Assembly (NCBI GenBank): GCA_030264375.1
Contig: JASCQW010000109.1
Location: 68,909,351 to 68,973,350 of the forward strand
DNA length: 64,000 bases
From: Carcharhinus longimanus
Lineage: Eukaryota
Direction: 5' to 3'
Made by a program: the position numbers and the translations under genes. Below the pieces are notes generated by a model that saw only the letters and a list, made by a program, of their open reading frames with translations, was not told the DNA's origin and did not search any database. Every line of letters starts with the position of its first letter. The stretch's first letter is position 1. Of the stretch, positions 59,252 to 64,000 are shown piece after piece.

Positions 59252-61913
59252 CTTGGAAGCAGTTTCGATGCAGGGAGTGGTAAATAATTCACACTTGGTA
59301 GATCTGTGTGTTATACTTAGAAATATTGGGTAAGCCATTCTTTGCTATACCACTAGGTCCTCGAATTTTGGTAGTTTAAGACTACATTAGTCAAATTGCT
59401 TACTGTTGCTGTTATATTTTTGCCTTTCACTGATGCTACACATATCTGCCCATATCCTCACAATCCTGAGCAGTGCATGCTTAATTAATATCATATTGAA
59501 GCCTGACATAATTGTTTGATTGTGTAAATTATAAAAGTGCAACCCCTTGCTCTGCTAATGTTACATCGCATATTTTGAGGTGGTCAATGCGACAAGAATA
59601 TTTTTTGGACGTTTGGTTACATTGAACAGTAATGAATCGTAAAACTAAATACGTGTCCCTGAAATAAATTCTCCGGTGTTATCATTGCGTGGAGTCGGCA
59701 TATTCGCTGCTTTCATGATATGTTACTTGTTTGTCCCTGGAAAATTATGCAGCACGAGCATGTCAACGGTAAATGCTTTCTCAGTTTTCTTCCAGATTTT
59801 ACATGAAAACAATAGCTTCTTGTATCAGTAATCTTGTTGTCTCACATTAGCTTAGTTACTCACCTTATATAATGTGCAAGTGCAGTCCTTTATTACCCAA
59901 GTACATGATCAATTTCTTGTTGAACGGAACTGTTGTATTTTCTTCCGTCTTCCTTTCAGGTAATGCATTCCAGATTGTAATAGCACTGCGCAAAACAAAA
60001 AAAAAAATCCTCGCGATTTTAGTTAGAATAATTTTTCAATTTCTTTAAAACCACTTATCACGCCTTTCCCAGNNNNNNNNNNNNNNNNNNNNNNNTGCCA
60101 GAGCCCATCATAACTATGAACACTTCCTTCAAATCTCTACGCACGCTTTTCTACTCTAAGGAATCAAATCCGTGATTTCTACTCCCTGTAGTTAGATTTG
60201 TTCATTCCTGGTACCATTCTAGGAAATGTCGTTTGGACAGATTTCAAGAAATTGACAGCGCCACAAAACGTTCTTGCTCTCAATTGGACGCAGTAGTTTA
60301 TATGATGTGTACTCCAGCTATCTATACGCCACGTTGTAGTGTGTTATTAGCTTTAAATGGGAAATAACAAAATTATACACGAATGGAATTTAGAATGACT
60401 CAGTTTACACTTCCCCAGATAATTTTCCTTTACTGAAGAATGGCCTGAGTTCTACATTTCACTCCCTAATACAAATAAGAATTCTGGAAAATATTTCAAA
60501 AGATTAAACTTGACGTACTTATGCAACAGGAATCAGCGACACTTGGGCTATTGACTACATCAATAAACACAATGGCAGCCGAACTAATCCACGGAAATAT
60601 AATTGCAAGATACATCTATGCCACACATTCCAACTATGATCTAATGTTATCACATTAATTGTTTGAATCACTCTAATCAAGTAGAGGTCCACCACCCAAC
60701 TGAAATTGTTGCAGTCAATAAAGCAAATGACACACTTAGTGACAGTGACCCCGGTGCCTCGTCCCTATACGATCCCTGTGATCGCATTTAAACTTTTCAC
60801 ATAAGGATCATTTTATGCTATTTTAGCAATTTTCCTGTTTCCTACTTAGCGTGACTGCCTATATTTGGCCATACATTCAGCGCGTATGGTATGTATATTA
60901 TCTTAGACATTAGGAAATGTGACTCACTTTCTTGTCCCACACCAATTTTTTACCCTTTCTCCATTTCTCCATTCTGTAAGTTGCTGCGTAATGACATTAT
61001 CCACAAAATTGGGGTCAGATTCCACATATCTTGTTGTTGACAGTTCGCATTTTATTTTAATCATTCACGACCAGCTATGACTTTCCCCCTGTTGCTGCAC
61101 GTCTTGGTAAAAGATATTTTATTCTGTATGAGCTGACCAAACTTTCAGCTAATCTATTAAAAGATCTAGCAGCCGCTTGGGACAAACTCTATACCATTGC
61201 AATGGTTTCATTGTTTGGTTGTTCTCTTACGCTGAAACCAACTTTTTATCCTTCAACACCAGAGATGAGCCAGACCGCTGTTTGACAAATGCTACTTAGA
61301 ACTACCTCCCGAACATCATACACTATTGCTCATGCCTCATCCCTTGTTCCAGTGAATCCTTTATGCATGCTTTTTTTTTAACCAGCTTTAAACTTCAATA
61401 TTTCAGTTCTAGGCCGTCTGCTCAATGATCTTCGAATTTCAATTCGTCCAATACATTTTTACCGCCATTTTTTCCAATTCCAGGTCATCCATCACATGTT
61501 GGTGAGCTGCACTGATTCCTGTTTCCAAAATTACTTAAAATTTTACTTGTCACTCTCATGCCAAATGTTCTATCTCTTCCCTCTTTTCTGCATTTCCTGC
61601 CACTCAACACAGACAATGGGTGGCTCTGCTTCTGGCCCCTCCATTTCGAAGTCTCCCATTGTCAATACTCTCTACCACCCCCAACCATTTGTGGTCATGA
61701 ACCCACCATCAAGGCCAAATCATGCAAAATACCTTCATTATATCATTCTACCTAATATCCTACAAGTTCTTCAACAAAATCTATTTTATATCGAAAATCT
61801 TGCAAACATTGCAAAGAACAAATTGATTCAGCAGCTATTGTTTTTCGGTTAGGTCTTCTGTGACGATCTTTCTAATGTATCCTGCTTAAAACGATTGATA
61901 ATGAGTCTTGGGG

Positions 61914-63220
61914 TCATAGAGATATACAAAATGGAAAGAGGCCCTTCCACCCAACTTGTCCATGCCACCCAGTTTTTACCATTAAGCTGGTCTCAATTGC
62001 CTGCGTTTGGCCCATATCCTTCCATAGCAATCTTATCCAAGTAACTGTATAAATGTTTTTTAAAAGACAAAATTGTACCCGCATCTTCTAGTACATCTGG
62101 CAGCTTAGTTCAGACACTCACCACCCTCAGTGTGAACCAAATGTCCCTCTGGGCCATTTTGTATTCCCCCCGCCCCCCTCACCTTATAACTATACCTTCT
62201 AGTTTTAGACTCCCAAACCTATGGGAAAAATGTTGACTATCTACCTTATCTATACCCATCATTATTTAATAGACCCCTTAGAGGATGAGAAGGGGGACTT
62301 AGTGGTAGGGGATGGGGATATGGCTGAGGTCCTGAATAACTTTTTTGTTTCNNNNNNNNNNNNNNNNNNNNNNNNNNNNNNNNNNNNNNNNNNNNNNNNN
62401 NNNNNNNNNNNNNNNNNNNNNNNNNNNNNNNNNNNNNNNNNNNNNNNNNNNNNNNNNNNNNNNNNNNNNNNNNNNNNNNNNNNNNNNNNNNNNNNNNNNN
62501 NNNNNNNNNNNNNNNNNNNNNNNNNNNNNNNNNNNNNNNNNNNNNNNNNNNNNNNNNNNNNNNNNNNNNNNNNNNNNNNNNNNNNNNNNNNNNNNNNNNN
62601 NNNNNNNNNNNNNNNNNNNNNNNNNNNNNNNNNNNNNNNNNNNNNNNNNNNNNNNNNNNNNNNNNNNNNNNNNNNNNNNNNNNNNNNNNNNNNNNNNNNN
62701 NNNNNNNNNNNNNNNNNNNNNNNNNNNNNNNNNNNNNNNNNNNNNNNNNNNNNNNNNNNNNNNNNNNNNNNNNNNNNNNNNNNNNNNNNNNNNNNNNNNN
62801 NNNNNNNNNNNNNNNNNNNNNNNNNNNNNNNNNNNNNNNNNNNNNNNNNNNNNNNNNNNNNNNNNNNNNNNNNNNNNNNNNNNNNNNNNNNNNNNNNNNN
62901 NNNNNNNNNNNNNNNNNNNNNNNNNNNNNNGTAACTGGCCTCCAGTTTGAAAAATAACCCTTTGCAACCAGCCTCTATTTTTTATCTTCGGTATCCAATT
63001 AGCTACTTCACCCTGGATCCTGCGAAGTTTAAGCTCATGCAACAACCTACCATGTGGTACCTTGTCAAAGTCGGCTGCACTGCCCTCGTCTACCTTCTCT
63101 GTTAAACTTTCAGAAAACTCAATCAAATTGGTGAGATATGATTTTCCACTCAGAAAGCCACGTTGAATGTCCCTAATCAGTTTTTGCCTTTCTAAGTGCC
63201 TGTAGCTCCTATCTCAGAAT
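61914..63220 (-). mobile_element. CR1 LINE fragments around a large gap
   Basis: 3' end 61914-62270 is complementary to the 13400-13690 family; minus ORF 62299 IEFSESLTEKVDEGSAADFDKVPHGRLLHELK. A short plus-strand CR1 piece lies at 62275-62351. Confidence 0.75.
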
Positions 63221-64000
63221 GGTTTCATGCAGGTCTACTACTCATCATTCCCTTCACGAATATGTGTCCCATCACTTCGTTGTTTCATTTTAAAAACTTG
63301 TGCCTTTCTTTTCATCATATTCATAACTGCACTTACACGCGTATACGTCTGCCATATTAAGGTATGTGTGTTCTTAACGAAATCAGTCACAGAAAGATAC
63401 TGTTTGAAGTGCACAATAGTCGTGTTCAGTTATTGTTCAACTTTACCTTGAATATATTCACTGCATTTGCAGTCGAGATGCCGGTGCCATTATATCAGTG
63501 TGAATGATTATTCACCACAGTCCCCAGCGCGTAAATAATTCAACTAATGTCTTTGAAAACCAAACGCTTTGGCATCTACTTCATTGTACATATGCTAACG
63601 CACGCGCAGACAAGCTACTCAGCATGTGGACCGCAACGTTGTTCACTATGAATTTGAACTTCTGGTTATAACATATTGCCATCAAACATGTAGGCCCATA
63701 ACTTCCTGGTTACTGAGAATCGCATTTGGGAGCACCCTACTGATGCCTTGGCGAATCTCTGAGTTCCAAAATGCTAACTTCCTCTGGATTATTGCGCTGG
63801 GCTGGAAGCCATCCGACAGAACTGATGTAATGCGGATGGTTCAGTCTCTTTTACCCTGACAGTCACCCAGAAGACATAGAAAGGAAAAGAAAACTTCTCA
63901 CTCCAGAGTAACTGTCGAAACAGGAAGACTCAACCGCACCATACCCAACTCTGACCCGACCCTCTCACGCTGTCCGACCAGCACTCCCATTCCCAGCCGA

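Overview
Vertebrate genomic DNA, almost certainly from a cartilaginous fish (shark or ray), judging by HE1/V-SINE, Deu-domain SINE, CR1, Rex1/Babar and Penelope repeats. It is a gapped draft assembly. The window covers part of a clustered protocadherin (Pcdh) tandem array. It holds five intact ~2.4 kb single-exon ORFs on the + strand (ATGs at 8018, 16359, 30305, 45453, 56858; signal peptide, 6 cadherin repeats, TM, short tail) and one frameshifted copy of a different subfamily (1490-3984). Each copy has its own promoter with a CGCT-box conserved sequence element (CSE; putative CTCF site) about 235-280 bp upstream of the ATG. No constant exons are visible. The most notable signals are: (1) all five ORFs stop at the same aligned codon using different stop triplets, implying self-terminating, beta-like genes, and three have a strong splice donor stranded 72-78 nt after the stop; (2) a rigidly spaced promoter cassette; (3) a conserved upstream ATG/YY1-like element; (4) an orphan antisense CpG-rich element near 22.6-22.9 kb; (5) a duplicated non-coding 3' block; (6) a Penelope-associated hammerhead ribozyme remnant. 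Spacers are mostly decayed retroelements. Repeat boundaries are approximate and were read by eye.
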